Shown here piece by piece: positions 20,035 through 29,902 of a DNA stretch of 64,000 nucleotides. A program made the translations under genes and the position numbers. Within the stretch, counting starts at the first letter, position 1. The number at the start of each line of letters is the position of its first letter. The stretch comes from an uncultured Acidobacteriota bacterium. Lineage in GTDB: Bacteria; Acidobacteriota; Vicinamibacteria; Fen-336. The stretch lies in NCBI GenBank assembly GCA_963831755.1, contig CAWHRC010000022.1:64937-128936 (forward strand). Direction: 5' to 3'. The notes under the pieces were generated by a model. That model made no database searches, was not told the DNA's origin, and saw only the letters and a list, made by a program, of their open reading frames with translations.

Positions 20035-22368
20035 GTGTGTCCTTTGCCGTGGCCGAAGCCCCTCGTCCCCGCACTGGCCCTCGCGGCGCTCGCCCTCTCG
20101 GGGGCGCGCGCCGCCTCCGGCGGGCCGCCTGCGGAAGCCGCGCCCTCGGGCGTCGGGGTGGTGGAGGCCGGGGAGACTGCCGCCGACACGCCTGCGAGGC
20201 CCCGACGCTTCCAGGAGGACGTCGAGGTCGTGGCCGAGGAGCCCGCGACGGCCGAAGGCGCGGCCGAGCTGCCGCTGCGACCCGTCGAGGTGATGGCGGT
20301 CGCGGGCGCGGCGGACAACGTCTTCCGCGCGCTCCAGACGCTGCCCGGCATCGCGGCCACGACCGAGTTCGACAGCCGCATCTCCGTCCGCGGAGGCGCG
20401 CCCGACGAGAACCTGACCGTGATGGACGGCGTCGAGGTCCACAACCCCTACCGGCTGTTCGGCCTCACCAGCGCCTTCAACCCCGAGACGGTGCGCGCCT
20501 TCGACCTCTACGCGGGCGCGTTCTCCGCGAAGTACGGGGACCGCCTGTCCTCCCTGCTCGTCGTCGAGAACCGGGCGGGCTCGGGCGCCCGGCGTCTCTC
20601 CGGCTCCGCGGCGTTGAGCCTCACCGACGCGAACGTCGTGCTCGAGGGCCGTCTGCCCGGCGGAGCGAGCGGCTCCTGGCTCGTGACCGGCCGGCGCACG
20701 TACTACGACCTCGTCGCCAACTCGCTCGTGGGCACCAAGCTTCCCGCGTTCGACGACCTGCAGGCGCACGTCGACTGGCAGCCCGGGCCCGGCACGTCGC
20801 TGTCCTTCGTCGGCCTGCGCAGCCGCGAGGCGACCGACGCCTCCATCGAGGGCGACCGCAGCGGGGAGCAGGGCGTCTTCGTCTCGAACGCGCGGAACGA
20901 CCTGGCCGCCCTCACCTTCAGGGCGCTCGTCGGCACGAGGGCCGTCTCGCGCACGCACGCGTCCTACTACGTCAACCGCGACGCGCTGGGCGCCGACGCG
21001 CAGTTCCGCGCCGAGTCGCGCCGTTCGAACGCTCCGGACGACGCGATCGGCTTCCGCCTCGCCGACGTCCGCTTCACCCGCGACCTGGGCGTGCGCGACC
21101 TCGTGCTGCGGCAGGAGCTGACGCTGGCGGCCGGTCGCCACACCGTCGAAGCGGGCTTCGAGTGGCACCAGCTGCGGACGGACACCGCGTGGCGAATCGT
21201 CGGCGACCGCAACAACAGCGCGGCGAACGGCTCGAGCATCCAGGGCGGGGCCGGGCTGCCGTCGAGCCTCGACTCGGCGCTGGACGGCCCGCGCGCCGGC
21301 GCGTGGCTGCAGGACCGCTGGCAGCCGCGCGGCGCGCTGTCGCTCGAGGGCGGCGTGCGCTTCGACTGGAGCGGCGTCAACCGGCGGTCGACCGTGTCGC
21401 CACGGCTCTCGGCCACGTTGCGCCTGGACGGCCGCACGCGGCTGCGCGCCGCCGGCGGCCTGTTCACGCAGAGCCCGGGCTACGAGAAGCTCGTGCAGTC
21501 GGACTACTTCGTCGACCTCTCCGGCGGGCTCGGCCGCTCGCTGCGCCACGAGCGTGCCACGCACGTCGTGCTGGGCCTCGAGCACGACCTCGACCGCGCG
21601 ATCACGGCGCGGCTCGAGGGCTACTGGAAGGCCTTCGACGACCTCATCGTCGGCAGGCTGGAGACGGAGTCGGAGCGCCTGCAGCGCGTCTCGCGCTACG
21701 ACTTCCCGGCAGCCCTCGCGGCGAGCGTCCCCGCGGACGCGATCGTCACCAGCCTGCCGGTCAACGGCGGCCGGGGTCAGTCGTGGGGCCTGGAGCTGTT
21801 TTTGCAGAAGCGGCCCGCGCCGGGCGCACGGCTGACGGGCTGGGCGTCGTACGCGTACGGGATGGCCAGGCGCCAGGAGTACGGGCGGACCCTGCCGTTC
21901 GAGTACGATCGCCGGCACGCGGCGACGCTGGTCGGCTCCTGGCGCTTCGCCCGCCGCTGGGAGGCGGGGGCGACGCTGCGCGCCTTCTCCGGCTTCCCCC
22001 GCACGCCCGTGCTGGGGCTTCGTGTCGCCGCCGCCGAGGCCGCCGACGGGCGATTCGTGCCGGCGCTGGACGCCGAGGGGCGCTACGTCTACGAGACGAC
22101 CACGGGCGGCGTGTCGAACCTCGGCTCGGCGCGGCTGCCCGCGTTTCTCCGCCTCGACCTGCGCCTGTCGTGGAGGCCGAGGGGCGACGCGGGGCGCTGG
22201 CTCGTCTACCTGGACGTGATCAACGCGACGAACCGCGAGAACGCGGGACAGATCGACACGCGGCTCGAGTACGACGCGGCCTCCCTCCTCGACCGGCCGC
22301 GAATGGTCGAGTCCCGTGCGGCGGCGATCCCGCTGCTCCCATCGCTCGGCGTACGATTCCGCTTCTGA
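20035..22368 (+). CDS. TonB-dependent receptor (plug plus beta-barrel)
   Basis: Signal peptide, plug motifs (RISVRGGAPDENLTVMDGVEVHNP) and a terminal aromatic barrel strand (LGVRFRF). Confidence 0.9.
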   Translation: MCPLPWPKPLVPALALAALALSGARAASGGPPAEAAPSGVGVVEAGETAADTPARPRRFQEDVEVVAEEPATAEGAAELPLRPVEVMAVAGAADNVFRALQTLPGIAATTEFDSRISVRGGAPDENLTVMDGVEVHNPYRLFGLTSAFNPETVRAFDLYAGAFSAKYGDRLSSLLVVENRAGSGARRLSGSAALSLTDANVVLEGRLPGGASGSWLVTGRRTYYDLVANSLVGTKLPAFDDLQAHVDWQPGPGTSLSFVGLRSREATDASIEGDRSGEQGVFVSNARNDLAALTFRALVGTRAVSRTHASYYVNRDALGADAQFRAESRRSNAPDDAIGFRLADVRFTRDLGVRDLVLRQELTLAAGRHTVEAGFEWHQLRTDTAWRIVGDRNNSAANGSSIQGGAGLPSSLDSALDGPRAGAWLQDRWQPRGALSLEGGVRFDWSGVNRRSTVSPRLSATLRLDGRTRLRAAGGLFTQSPGYEKLVQSDYFVDLSGGLGRSLRHERATHVVLGLEHDLDRAITARLEGYWKAFDDLIVGRLETESERLQRVSRYDFPAALAASVPADAIVTSLPVNGGRGQSWGLELFLQKRPAPGARLTGWASYAYGMARRQEYGRTLPFEYDRRHAATLVGSWRFARRWEAGATLRAFSGFPRTPVLGLRVAAAEAADGRFVPALDAEGRYVYETTTGGVSNLGSARLPAFLRLDLRLSWRPRGDAGRWLVYLDVINATNRENAGQIDTRLEYDAASLLDRPRMVESRAAAIPLLPSLGVRFRF

Positions 22369-22385
22369 GCCCACCCGCGCCGTTC

Positions 22386-23060
22386 GTGCCGTTCGGCCCC
22401 GCCCATCTGCTCGCGCTGGCCGCCGTCGCGGCGCTCGCGGCGGCGCTCGTCCGCTGCGTACGCGCGTGGCCGGACGCCTCGCGCCCTCTGCGCTGGCTGC
22501 TGGCGGCGGTGATCCTGGCGCTGGTCTCGTTCGAGCTGTGGACCTGGGCGCGCGAGGGCTGGCTGGGCTGGAAGAGCGTGCTGCCGCTCGAGCTGTGCGA
22601 CGTGGCGATGGTGCTGTCCGTCGTCACGCTGCTCGTGCCCCGGGCCGCGACCGCCGAGCTCGTCTACTACTGGGCCGGCGCGGGCTCGCTCGTCGCGATG
22701 CTGACGCCCGACGTGCAGTGGGACTTCCCGCGCTGGGAGTTCGTGGTCTTCTTCGGGCTGCACGGGCTCGTGCTCGCCGCGGCGCTGCTGCTGGTGTTCG
22801 GTCTCGGCCTTCACCCGCGTCGCGGTGCGCCGCTGCGGGTGCTCGCGATCACGGCGGCCTGGACGGCCTTCGTCGGTCTCGTCGACCTCGCCCTCGGCAC
22901 GAACTTCATGTACCTGCGCTCGCGGCCGTCTGTGGCGACGCCGCTCGACTGGATGGGCCCCTGGCCGGTGTACATCGGCGTGGCGGCGCTCGTCGCGCTC
23001 GCGCTGTTCGAAGCCCTGTCCCTGCCCTTCCGCCGCGAGTGGCGCAGCGGCACGGGCTGA
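22386..23060 (+). CDS. Polytopic membrane protein, TIGR02206/YwaF-like
   Basis: About 7 hydrophobic helices. Ends in the track ORF 20007..23060. The start is uncertain: GTG at 22386, or CTG at 22365 overlapping the receptor stop. Confidence 0.6.
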   Translation: MPFGPAHLLALAAVAALAAALVRCVRAWPDASRPLRWLLAAVILALVSFELWTWAREGWLGWKSVLPLELCDVAMVLSVVTLLVPRAATAELVYYWAGAGSLVAMLTPDVQWDFPRWEFVVFFGLHGLVLAAALLLVFGLGLHPRRGAPLRVLAITAAWTAFVGLVDLALGTNFMYLRSRPSVATPLDWMGPWPVYIGVAALVALALFEALSLPFRREWRSGTG

Positions 23061-23145
23061 GGTGTGCCGCGGTGCGTGCTAGCATCGCTCCGACTCCGCG
23101 CGACGTGCCCGCGAGAGAGGGACTCCATCGGCCCGGGGGGGCCAC

Positions 23146-24060
23146 ATGAGGCGCATCGCGGTGACGGGAGCCAACGGCTTCGTGGGCCGGCACCTGGTGC
23201 GGCAGGCCGTGCGCTGCGGCTGGGAGGTCGTCGGCGTCGTCCGCTCCGAGGCCGCGTCCCAGGCGGTGCGCGCGGACGGCGGCTGCCCCAGCGAGATCGT
23301 GGGCCGCGACCCCGAGGCCCTCGTGAGGGCGTTCGACGGCTGCGAGGCCGTGGTGCACCTCGCCCAGATCGGCGCCGAGCGCGGCGGCAGCACGTACCAG
23401 GCCGTGAACGTCGGGCTCACGGAGCGCATCCTCGACGACGCGCGCCACGCCGGCGTGCCGCGCGCCGTGTACTTCTCGGGCCTCGGCGTCGCCCACTACG
23501 GGATGAGGCAGCGCTGCACGAACCCCTACTTCCTGTCCAAGCTCGCGGCCGAGACGATCCTCTTCCGCTCCGGCCTCGAAGGCGTGGTGTTCCGCCCCTC
23601 GTACGTCGTCGGCCCCGGCGACGCGCTGGTGCTCCAGGTGCGAAAGGCGCTCGCTGGCGGCGAGCTGGAGCGGCCGGGCGACGGCGCCTACCGCATGCAG
23701 CCGATCGCGGTGGCGGACGTCGCCGCCCTCGTGCTGGCCGCGGTGGAGCGGCCGCCCGGCGCGTTCCCGACCGTGTTCGACCTGGTCGGGCCGGAGCCCG
23801 TCAGCTACGCCGAGCTGCTGGAGCGGCTGGCGGCGGTCGCCCGGCGGCCCCATGGCGCCCTGCTGCGCGTGCGCGAGGTGGAAATCGCGCAGGCCGATCG
23901 CCAGGCGCGCGCCGGCGGCTACCAGGGGATGCTGGCCGACGAGCTGGACTGCCTGCTGTGCGACGAGGTCGCGGACGCGGCCCCGCTCGTCGCGCTTTTG
24001 GGCAGGCCGCTCGTTCCGCTCGACGAGGCGCTGGCGACGGCCCTGGCCGGGGCGGTTTGA
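23146..24060 (+). CDS. NAD-dependent epimerase/dehydratase-family SDR
   Basis: Begins MRRIAVTGANGFVGRHL with a Rossmann motif; 304 aa. Confidence 0.8.
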   Translation: MRRIAVTGANGFVGRHLVRQAVRCGWEVVGVVRSEAASQAVRADGGCPSEIVGRDPEALVRAFDGCEAVVHLAQIGAERGGSTYQAVNVGLTERILDDARHAGVPRAVYFSGLGVAHYGMRQRCTNPYFLSKLAAETILFRSGLEGVVFRPSYVVGPGDALVLQVRKALAGGELERPGDGAYRMQPIAVADVAALVLAAVERPPGAFPTVFDLVGPEPVSYAELLERLAAVARRPHGALLRVREVEIAQADRQARAGGYQGMLADELDCLLCDEVADAAPLVALLGRPLVPLDEALATALAGAV

Positions 24061-24094
24061 GCCCGCTTTCGCCCTGCAGTACGCTCTGTGGCCC

Positions 24095-24451
24095 ATGCGC
24101 CTGGGCATCACCGACCACATCGACTGTGCCCACCTGCTGCCCGGCCACGCCAAGTGCGGCCGGCTGCACGGGCACACCTACCGGATCCAGGTGGCGGTCG
24201 ACGGGCAGATGAGCGACGGCATGGTGCTGGACTTCGCCCTGCTCAAGAGCCAGGTGCGCTCGGTGCTCGCGCGCTACGACCACCGGCACTGGAACGAGTT
24301 CCTCGACTACCCGACGGTCGAGAACATCTGCCAGCGGCTGGCCGACGAGATCGCGGACAAGCTCGAGTTCCCGTTCTCGCTCCGCGTCTACGAGGGCCAC
24401 GCCAAGTGGGCGGAGACGCGGGCCGAGCCGCGCCGGAGCGTCAAGGCGTGA
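24095..24451 (+). CDS. queD: 6-carboxytetrahydropterin / 6-pyruvoyl-tetrahydropterin synthase family (QueD-like)
   Basis: Contains CAHLLPGH...CGRLHGHTY, the His/Cys motif of this family. 118 aa. ATG at 24095 verified by residue count. Confidence 0.8.
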   Translation: MRLGITDHIDCAHLLPGHAKCGRLHGHTYRIQVAVDGQMSDGMVLDFALLKSQVRSVLARYDHRHWNEFLDYPTVENICQRLADEIADKLEFPFSLRVYEGHAKWAETRAEPRRSVKA

Positions 24452-25839
24452 TGAGGGTCGACGAGACGCTGCGCCCGGCGGACCTGGGGCCGGCGATCGA
24501 GCGCATGTGGGCGCTCTCCGGCGACAAGATCCTCGCGCTCGAGCAGGCCTGGAACGCCTCGGACGGCGCGCCGGTGTTCACGCTGCGCGGCCGCTACACC
24601 GCGCGCGGCTGGACCGACTGGACCCAGGGCTTCCAGTTCGGCTCCGCCCTGCTGCAGTACGACGCCACGGGCGAGCGCCGGTTCCTGGAGCTGGGCCGCG
24701 AGCGCACCTTCTCGCGCATGGCGCCGCACGTGACGCACATGGGCGTCCACGACCACGGCTTCAACAACGTGAGCACCTGGGGCGCGCTGCGCCGGCTGAT
24801 CCTGGAGTGCCGCTACCAGCCGGACGGGCACGAGCGCGAGCTGTGCGAGCTGGCGCTGAAGGCGAGCGGCGCGGTGCAGGCGCGCCGCTGGACGCGCACC
24901 GCCGACGGTGGCGGCTTCGTCTACTCCTTCAACGGGCCGCACTCGCTGTTCGCGGACACCATGCGCTCGCTGCGTGCGCTGGCGGTGGCGCACCGCCTGG
25001 GCCAGGTGCTGCTCGACGAGGGGGACCGCCCGGTGTCGCTGCTCGAGCGACTGCTGCTGCACGCGCGGACCACGGCGCGCTTCGCGGTCTTCAAGGGCCG
25101 CGGCCGCGACATCTGGGACGAGCGGGGCCGCGTCGCGCACGAGAGCCTGTTCGACCGCATCGACGGCAGCTACCGCTGCCCGGCGACGCAGCAGGGCTAC
25201 TCGCCGTTCTCGACCTGGACGCGCGGACAGGCGTGGGTGCTGCTCGGCTTCGCCGAGCAGATCGAGTTCCTCGAGACCGTGGCCGACGGCGAGCTCGAGG
25301 CGCTCGGCGGCCGGGCCGAGGTCGACGGCTTCATGGTCGAGGCCGGGCGCGCCGTCGCTGCCCACTACGTCCAGAGCTCGCCGCAGGACGGCATCCCGTA
25401 CTGGGACACGGGCGCGCCGGGGCTCGCTCGCCTGCCGGGCCACCGCGAGCGGCCCGCCGACCCGTTCAACGAGCACGAGCCGGTCGACGCCTCGGCGGCG
25501 CCGATCGCGGCCCAGGGCCTGCTCCGGCTGGGGCGTCAGCTCGAGCGGCAGGGCCAGGCCGAGGACGGTCGGCTGCTGTTCCAGGCTGGCCTGACCATCG
25601 CGCGCACGCTGCTCGGGCCTCCCTACCTCAGCGAGGACCCGCAGCACCAGGGCCTGCTGCTGCACTCCGTCTACCACCGCCCGAACGGCTGGGACTACGT
25701 CCCGCCCGGGCGCAGGGTGCCCTGCGGCGAGTCGAGCCAGTGGGGCGACTACCACCTGCGCGAGCTGGCCCTGCTCGTCCAGCGTCTGGCGGACGGGTCG
25801 CCGTACTACGCGTTCTTCGGTCCTCTGGAAGTGCGGTGA
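24451..25839 (+). CDS. Six-hairpin glycosidase-like protein (GH88 / unsaturated glucuronyl hydrolase-like)
   Basis: Motifs HDHGFNN and WTRGQAW resemble GH88/GH105. The ATG overlaps the QueD-like stop by 1 nt. Confidence 0.65.
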   Translation: MRVDETLRPADLGPAIERMWALSGDKILALEQAWNASDGAPVFTLRGRYTARGWTDWTQGFQFGSALLQYDATGERRFLELGRERTFSRMAPHVTHMGVHDHGFNNVSTWGALRRLILECRYQPDGHERELCELALKASGAVQARRWTRTADGGGFVYSFNGPHSLFADTMRSLRALAVAHRLGQVLLDEGDRPVSLLERLLLHARTTARFAVFKGRGRDIWDERGRVAHESLFDRIDGSYRCPATQQGYSPFSTWTRGQAWVLLGFAEQIEFLETVADGELEALGGRAEVDGFMVEAGRAVAAHYVQSSPQDGIPYWDTGAPGLARLPGHRERPADPFNEHEPVDASAAPIAAQGLLRLGRQLERQGQAEDGRLLFQAGLTIARTLLGPPYLSEDPQHQGLLLHSVYHRPNGWDYVPPGRRVPCGESSQWGDYHLRELALLVQRLADGSPYYAFFGPLEVR

Positions 25840-26609
25840 GCGCCCGCGTCGCCCTCGTGACGGGCGCCACGCGGGGCATCGGCTTCGCGATCGCGCGCCG
25901 GCTGGCGCAGGAGGGCTTCGAGCTCGCCGTGTGCGGGACACGGGAGGAGGCGCAGGCTGCGACCGCGGTCGGCGAGCTGCGTGCCGCCGGCCGCGAGGTC
26001 CTCTACGTGCGCGCGGACGTGTCGCAGGCCGCGGACCGCGAGCGGCTGCTGGCCGCCGTGCGCGAGCGCTTCTCTCGCCTGCACGTGCTCGTCAACAACG
26101 CCGGCGTGGCGCCCCTCGTCCGCGCCGATCTCATGGAAGCCGGCGAGGAGAGCTTCGACCGGCTGCTGCGCGTGAACCTGAAGGGGCCGTACTTCCTCAC
26201 ACAGGCTGCGGCCCGCTGGCTCGTCGACCAGAGGCGGGCGGACGAGCGCTGGCTGGGCTGCGTCGTCTTCGTCACCTCGATTTCGGCCAGCAGCGCCTCG
26301 ACGGACCGCGGCGACTACTGCGTCAGCAAGGCGGGTCTCGCGATGGCCGCCCGGCTGTGGGCGGCCCGGCTGGCCGCCGAGGCGATCCCCGTCTACGAGG
26401 TGCGTCCCGGCGTCATCCGCACCGACATGACCGCCGCGGTCGCCGAGAAGTACGAGCGGCGGATCGCCGAGGGCCTGGTGCCCCAGGGCCGCTGGGGCGA
26501 GCCGGACGACGTCGCGCGCGTCGTGGCGGCGCTCGCCCGCGGCGACGCGCCCTACTCGACGGGCGCCGTCGTCGACGTGGACGGCGGGCTCTCGATCCCG
26601 CGCCTGTAG
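25836..26609 (+). CDS. Short-chain dehydrogenase/reductase
   Basis: Motifs TGATRGIG, NNAG and YCVSK. The GTG start overlaps the upstream stop (GTGA). Confidence 0.85.
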   Translation: MSARVALVTGATRGIGFAIARRLAQEGFELAVCGTREEAQAATAVGELRAAGREVLYVRADVSQAADRERLLAAVRERFSRLHVLVNNAGVAPLVRADLMEAGEESFDRLLRVNLKGPYFLTQAAARWLVDQRRADERWLGCVVFVTSISASSASTDRGDYCVSKAGLAMAARLWAARLAAEAIPVYEVRPGVIRTDMTAAVAEKYERRIAEGLVPQGRWGEPDDVARVVAALARGDAPYSTGAVVDVDGGLSIPRL

Positions 26610-26615
26610 GGGTCC

Positions 26616-27071
26616 GTGATCCGCGGGGCGCGCTACGCGCACACGAACCTGATCGCCCGCGACTGGCGCGCGCTGGCGGCCTTCTACGAGCGGCTGTTCG
26701 GCTGCGTGCCCGTGCCGCCCGAGCGTCACTACGCCGGGCCGGCGCTCGAGGCGGGAACGGGCGTGCCCGGCTCGACGCTGGACGGTGTCCACCTGCGCCT
26801 GCCGGGTCACGGCCCGGACGGGCCCACGCTCGAGGTCTACGGCTACTCGGTGACGGCCGCCGGTCCGGCGCCGGCCGTGAATCGCCCCGGCTTCGCGCAC
26901 CTGGCGTTCGAGGTGGACTCGGTCGAGGAGGCGCGGAGCGAGGTGCTGGCCGCCGGCGGCCGCGCGCTGGGCGAGGTCGTGACGCTGACGACGGCCAGCG
27001 GCCGGCGCGTCACCTGGTGCTACGTGAGCGACCCGGAGGGCAACGCCCTCGAGCTGCAGTCCTGGTCGTGA
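26616..27071 (+). CDS. VOC/glyoxalase-family protein
   Basis: 151 aa with a paired beta-alpha-beta-beta-beta-like pattern (HTNLIARD...FAHLAFEV...GNALEL). Confidence 0.7.
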   Translation: MIRGARYAHTNLIARDWRALAAFYERLFGCVPVPPERHYAGPALEAGTGVPGSTLDGVHLRLPGHGPDGPTLEVYGYSVTAAGPAPAVNRPGFAHLAFEVDSVEEARSEVLAAGGRALGEVVTLTTASGRRVTWCYVSDPEGNALELQSWS

Positions 27072-27125
27072 CCGCGCCGGGGCGCCGGTCGGGTCGCGGA
27101 GCGGCCGAACGGGGGATACTGCGCC

Positions 27126-27833
27126 ATGCCCGAAACCCCGGACGGAGTGCCGCAGCCGCAGCCCCCGGCCGCGGACGGCGTGCGCCGCGGCTACGACCGC
27201 TGGGCGCTCGTCTACGACCACGACCAGAACCCGCTTCCCGCGCTCGAGGAGCCGGTCGTGCGCGAGGCGCTGGGCGACGTGCGCGGTCTGCGTGTGGTCG
27301 ACCTGGGCTGCGGCACCGGCCGCCACGCGCTGTGGCTGGCCGCCGCCGGAGCGGCGGTGACGGCGGTCGACTTCTCCGAGGGCATGCTGGAGGAGGCGCG
27401 CCGCAAGCCCGGCGCGGTGTCCGTGCGCTTCGTGGTGCACGACCTCGACCGGCCGCTGCCCTTCGCGGACGCGGCGTTCGACCTCGTCGTGAGCGGGCTC
27501 GTGCTCGAGCACCTGAGCGACCTCGGCGCGTTCTTCGCCGAGGCACGCCGCGTGCTGCGGCCCGGCAGCCGCGCCGTCGTCTCGGCGATGCACCCGGCGA
27601 TGTTCCTGCGCGGCACGCAGGCACGCTTCACGGACCCGGCCAGCGGGGAGAAGGTCCAGCCGGGCAGCCTGGCGCACACGCTCGGCGGGATGGTGCTGGC
27701 CGCGCTGCGCGCCGGCTTCGCCCTCGAGGGCATCGGTGAGCACGCGGCGGACGCCGCGTTCGCGGCCTGCTACCCGCGCGCGGAGAAGTACGTGGGCTGG
27801 CCGATGCTGGTGGTGCTCACGCTGCGTTCGTAG
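27126..27833 (+). CDS. Class I SAM-dependent methyltransferase
   Basis: Motif I VVDLGCGTGRH, followed by post-I/II motifs. Confidence 0.85.
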   Translation: MPETPDGVPQPQPPAADGVRRGYDRWALVYDHDQNPLPALEEPVVREALGDVRGLRVVDLGCGTGRHALWLAAAGAAVTAVDFSEGMLEEARRKPGAVSVRFVVHDLDRPLPFADAAFDLVVSGLVLEHLSDLGAFFAEARRVLRPGSRAVVSAMHPAMFLRGTQARFTDPASGEKVQPGSLAHTLGGMVLAALRAGFALEGIGEHAADAAFAACYPRAEKYVGWPMLVVLTLRS

Positions 27834-27856
27834 CCGACGCAGGAGAACCGGCCGCC

Positions 27857-28678
27857 TCAGAGCGGCTCGGCCTCCCGCTCGACCAGCGCCGCGAAGGCTC
27901 CGATCACGGCTCGCGTCCTGGGACCGACCCGCCCGTCGCCGACCGGCTGGCCGTCGATTCGCACGACCGGCAGCACCTCGCGCGACACGCTGGTCAGGAA
28001 CGCCTCGTCCACCTGCGGCAGCTCGTCGCGCCGCACGGCGCGCGCGTCGAGCGGCAGCACCCCGGCGGCCGCCTCGAGCACCAGCGAACGGGTGATGCCG
28101 ATCAGGACGCGGTCGGCCTCGGTGCGCAGCACCCCCGAGGCGACGGCGAAGAGGTTGCTCGACAGGCCCTCGAGCAGCGAGCCGTCCTCGGCCACGAGCA
28201 GCCCCTCCTCGATGCCCCCGGGGAGCCGGCCGTAGGCGTCCTGGGCTGCGGCGATGAAGCGCGTGTCCTTCGCGTGAGGGTTCTCTCTCCGCAGCGCGAG
28301 CGTCACGCAGGCGACCCCGGTCCGGTACAGCTCCCGAGGCAGGGGTCGAAAGGGCTCGACCGCCACGAACAGCCGGGGCGGAGCGAAGGTCAGGCGCAGC
28401 CGCGACTCGTGAAAGCCGGTGGCATCGAGTGCGGCCGCGACCGCGGCGCGGGCCGCCCCGGCGTCGATGCCGGCCGCGCGGCCTTGCAGCGAGATCGACT
28501 CCTCGAGCCGCGCGAGGTGGCGGTCGAGGCGGACCACGCGCCGGCCCCCGTACGTGCGCAGCGTCGTGTAGGCGCCGTCGGGCAGCGCAGCCGACGAGGC
28601 AGCCAGGCTGTCGTGGCCGGCGATCCGGACGGCGGCGCCGCCGCTCGCCTCGAAGGTGACGACGCGCTCGCCGGGCAT
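27857..28678 (-). CDS. Aminotransferase class IV (PabC/IlvE-like)
   Basis: 273 aa with fold-type IV-like motifs (EGLSSNLFAV, GITRSLVLE, EAFLTSVSREVLPV). Confidence 0.8.
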   Translation of the reverse strand: MPGERVVTFEASGGAAVRIAGHDSLAASSAALPDGAYTTLRTYGGRRVVRLDRHLARLEESISLQGRAAGIDAGAARAAVAAALDATGFHESRLRLTFAPPRLFVAVEPFRPLPRELYRTGVACVTLALRRENPHAKDTRFIAAAQDAYGRLPGGIEEGLLVAEDGSLLEGLSSNLFAVASGVLRTEADRVLIGITRSLVLEAAAGVLPLDARAVRRDELPQVDEAFLTSVSREVLPVVRIDGQPVGDGRVGPRTRAVIGAFAALVEREAEPL

Positions 28679-28746
28679 GGTCGGTAGTGGAACACGATCG
28701 GCGCCTGCTTCGCATCTGGTAGACTCCGCCCTCGGAGGAGTCGCCG

Positions 28747-29883
28747 ATGATCCTTCGTGCCAGCGCCTTCCACGCCACCTTCACCCTCCTGACACTCGGA
28801 GCCACCATGAGCGCACACACCGCCACCCGCATCGAGAAGAAGCCCTTCGGCAAGTCCGCCGCCGGCGAAGCCTTCCTGTTCACGCTGTCGCGCGAGGGCG
28901 CGCCGACCGTCGTGGTCACGAACCAGGGCGGCTTCCTCGTCTCGATCCTGGCCAAGGACCGGACGGGCAAGGTCGCGGACGTCACGCTCGGCTACGCGGA
29001 CTACGCGGGCTATCTGACGGCCAAGGACTACCTCGGCTGCCTGGTCGGCCGCTACGCGAACCGGATCGCCCGGGGCGAGTTCACGCTCGACGGGAAGAAG
29101 CACACGCTGGCGAGGAACAACGGCCCGAACAGCCTCCATGGCGGCCCGACCGGGTTCCAGACGCGCCTGTGGGCGCCGAAGGTCGTCCACGGTGCGGACG
29201 GCGACGCACTGGAGCTGACGTACGTCAGCAAGGACGGCGAGGAGGGCTACCCGGGCACGCTGACCGCCAGGGTCGTCTACTCGCTGCGCGCCGACGGCGG
29301 CCTGGTGATCGACTACACGGCCACGACCGACGCGCCGACCATCGTCAACCTGACGAGCCACGCCTACTTCGACCTGGCCGGCGAGGGCGAGGGCACGATC
29401 CTCGGCCACGAGTTGCAGATCGAGTCGGACGCGTTCACCCCGGTGGACCCGACGCTGATCCCGACGGGCGAGCTGAAGCCGGTCGCGGGCACGCCGTTCG
29501 ACTTCCGCCGCCTGACCGCCATCGGCGCGCGCATCGGACAGGACGACGAGCAGCTCAAGCGCGGCGGCGGCTACGATCACAACTTCGTCCTGCGCGGCAA
29601 GCCGGGCGAGCTGCGGCTCGTGGCGCGCGTGGTCGAGCCGAAGAGCGGCCGCGAGCTCGAGGTGTACACGACCGAGCCGGGCCTCCAGTTCTACTCCGGC
29701 AACTTCCTCGACGGCTCGATCAAGGGCAAGCTCGGCAAGCCGCAGGTCAAGCACGGCGGCCTGTGCCTGGAGGCCCAGCACTACCCGGACTCGCCGAACC
29801 GCCCCGAGTGGCCCTCGGTGATGCTGCGGCCGGGCCAGACCTATCGGCAGACGACCGTCTACCGGCTGACGGTCGCGAAGTAG
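28747..29883 (+). CDS. galM: Aldose 1-epimerase (galactose mutarotase)
   Basis: Motifs NSLHGG, GYPG, TNLTSHAYFNL-like (VNLTSHAYFDL) and HYPDSPN. An alternative start at 28807 (MSAHTATRIEKKPFG) is plausible. Confidence 0.85.
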   Translation: MILRASAFHATFTLLTLGATMSAHTATRIEKKPFGKSAAGEAFLFTLSREGAPTVVVTNQGGFLVSILAKDRTGKVADVTLGYADYAGYLTAKDYLGCLVGRYANRIARGEFTLDGKKHTLARNNGPNSLHGGPTGFQTRLWAPKVVHGADGDALELTYVSKDGEEGYPGTLTARVVYSLRADGGLVIDYTATTDAPTIVNLTSHAYFDLAGEGEGTILGHELQIESDAFTPVDPTLIPTGELKPVAGTPFDFRRLTAIGARIGQDDEQLKRGGGYDHNFVLRGKPGELRLVARVVEPKSGRELEVYTTEPGLQFYSGNFLDGSIKGKLGKPQVKHGGLCLEAQHYPDSPNRPEWPSVMLRPGQTYRQTTVYRLTVAK

Positions 29884-29902
29884 CCGGACGACGTCCCGCG
29901 GC

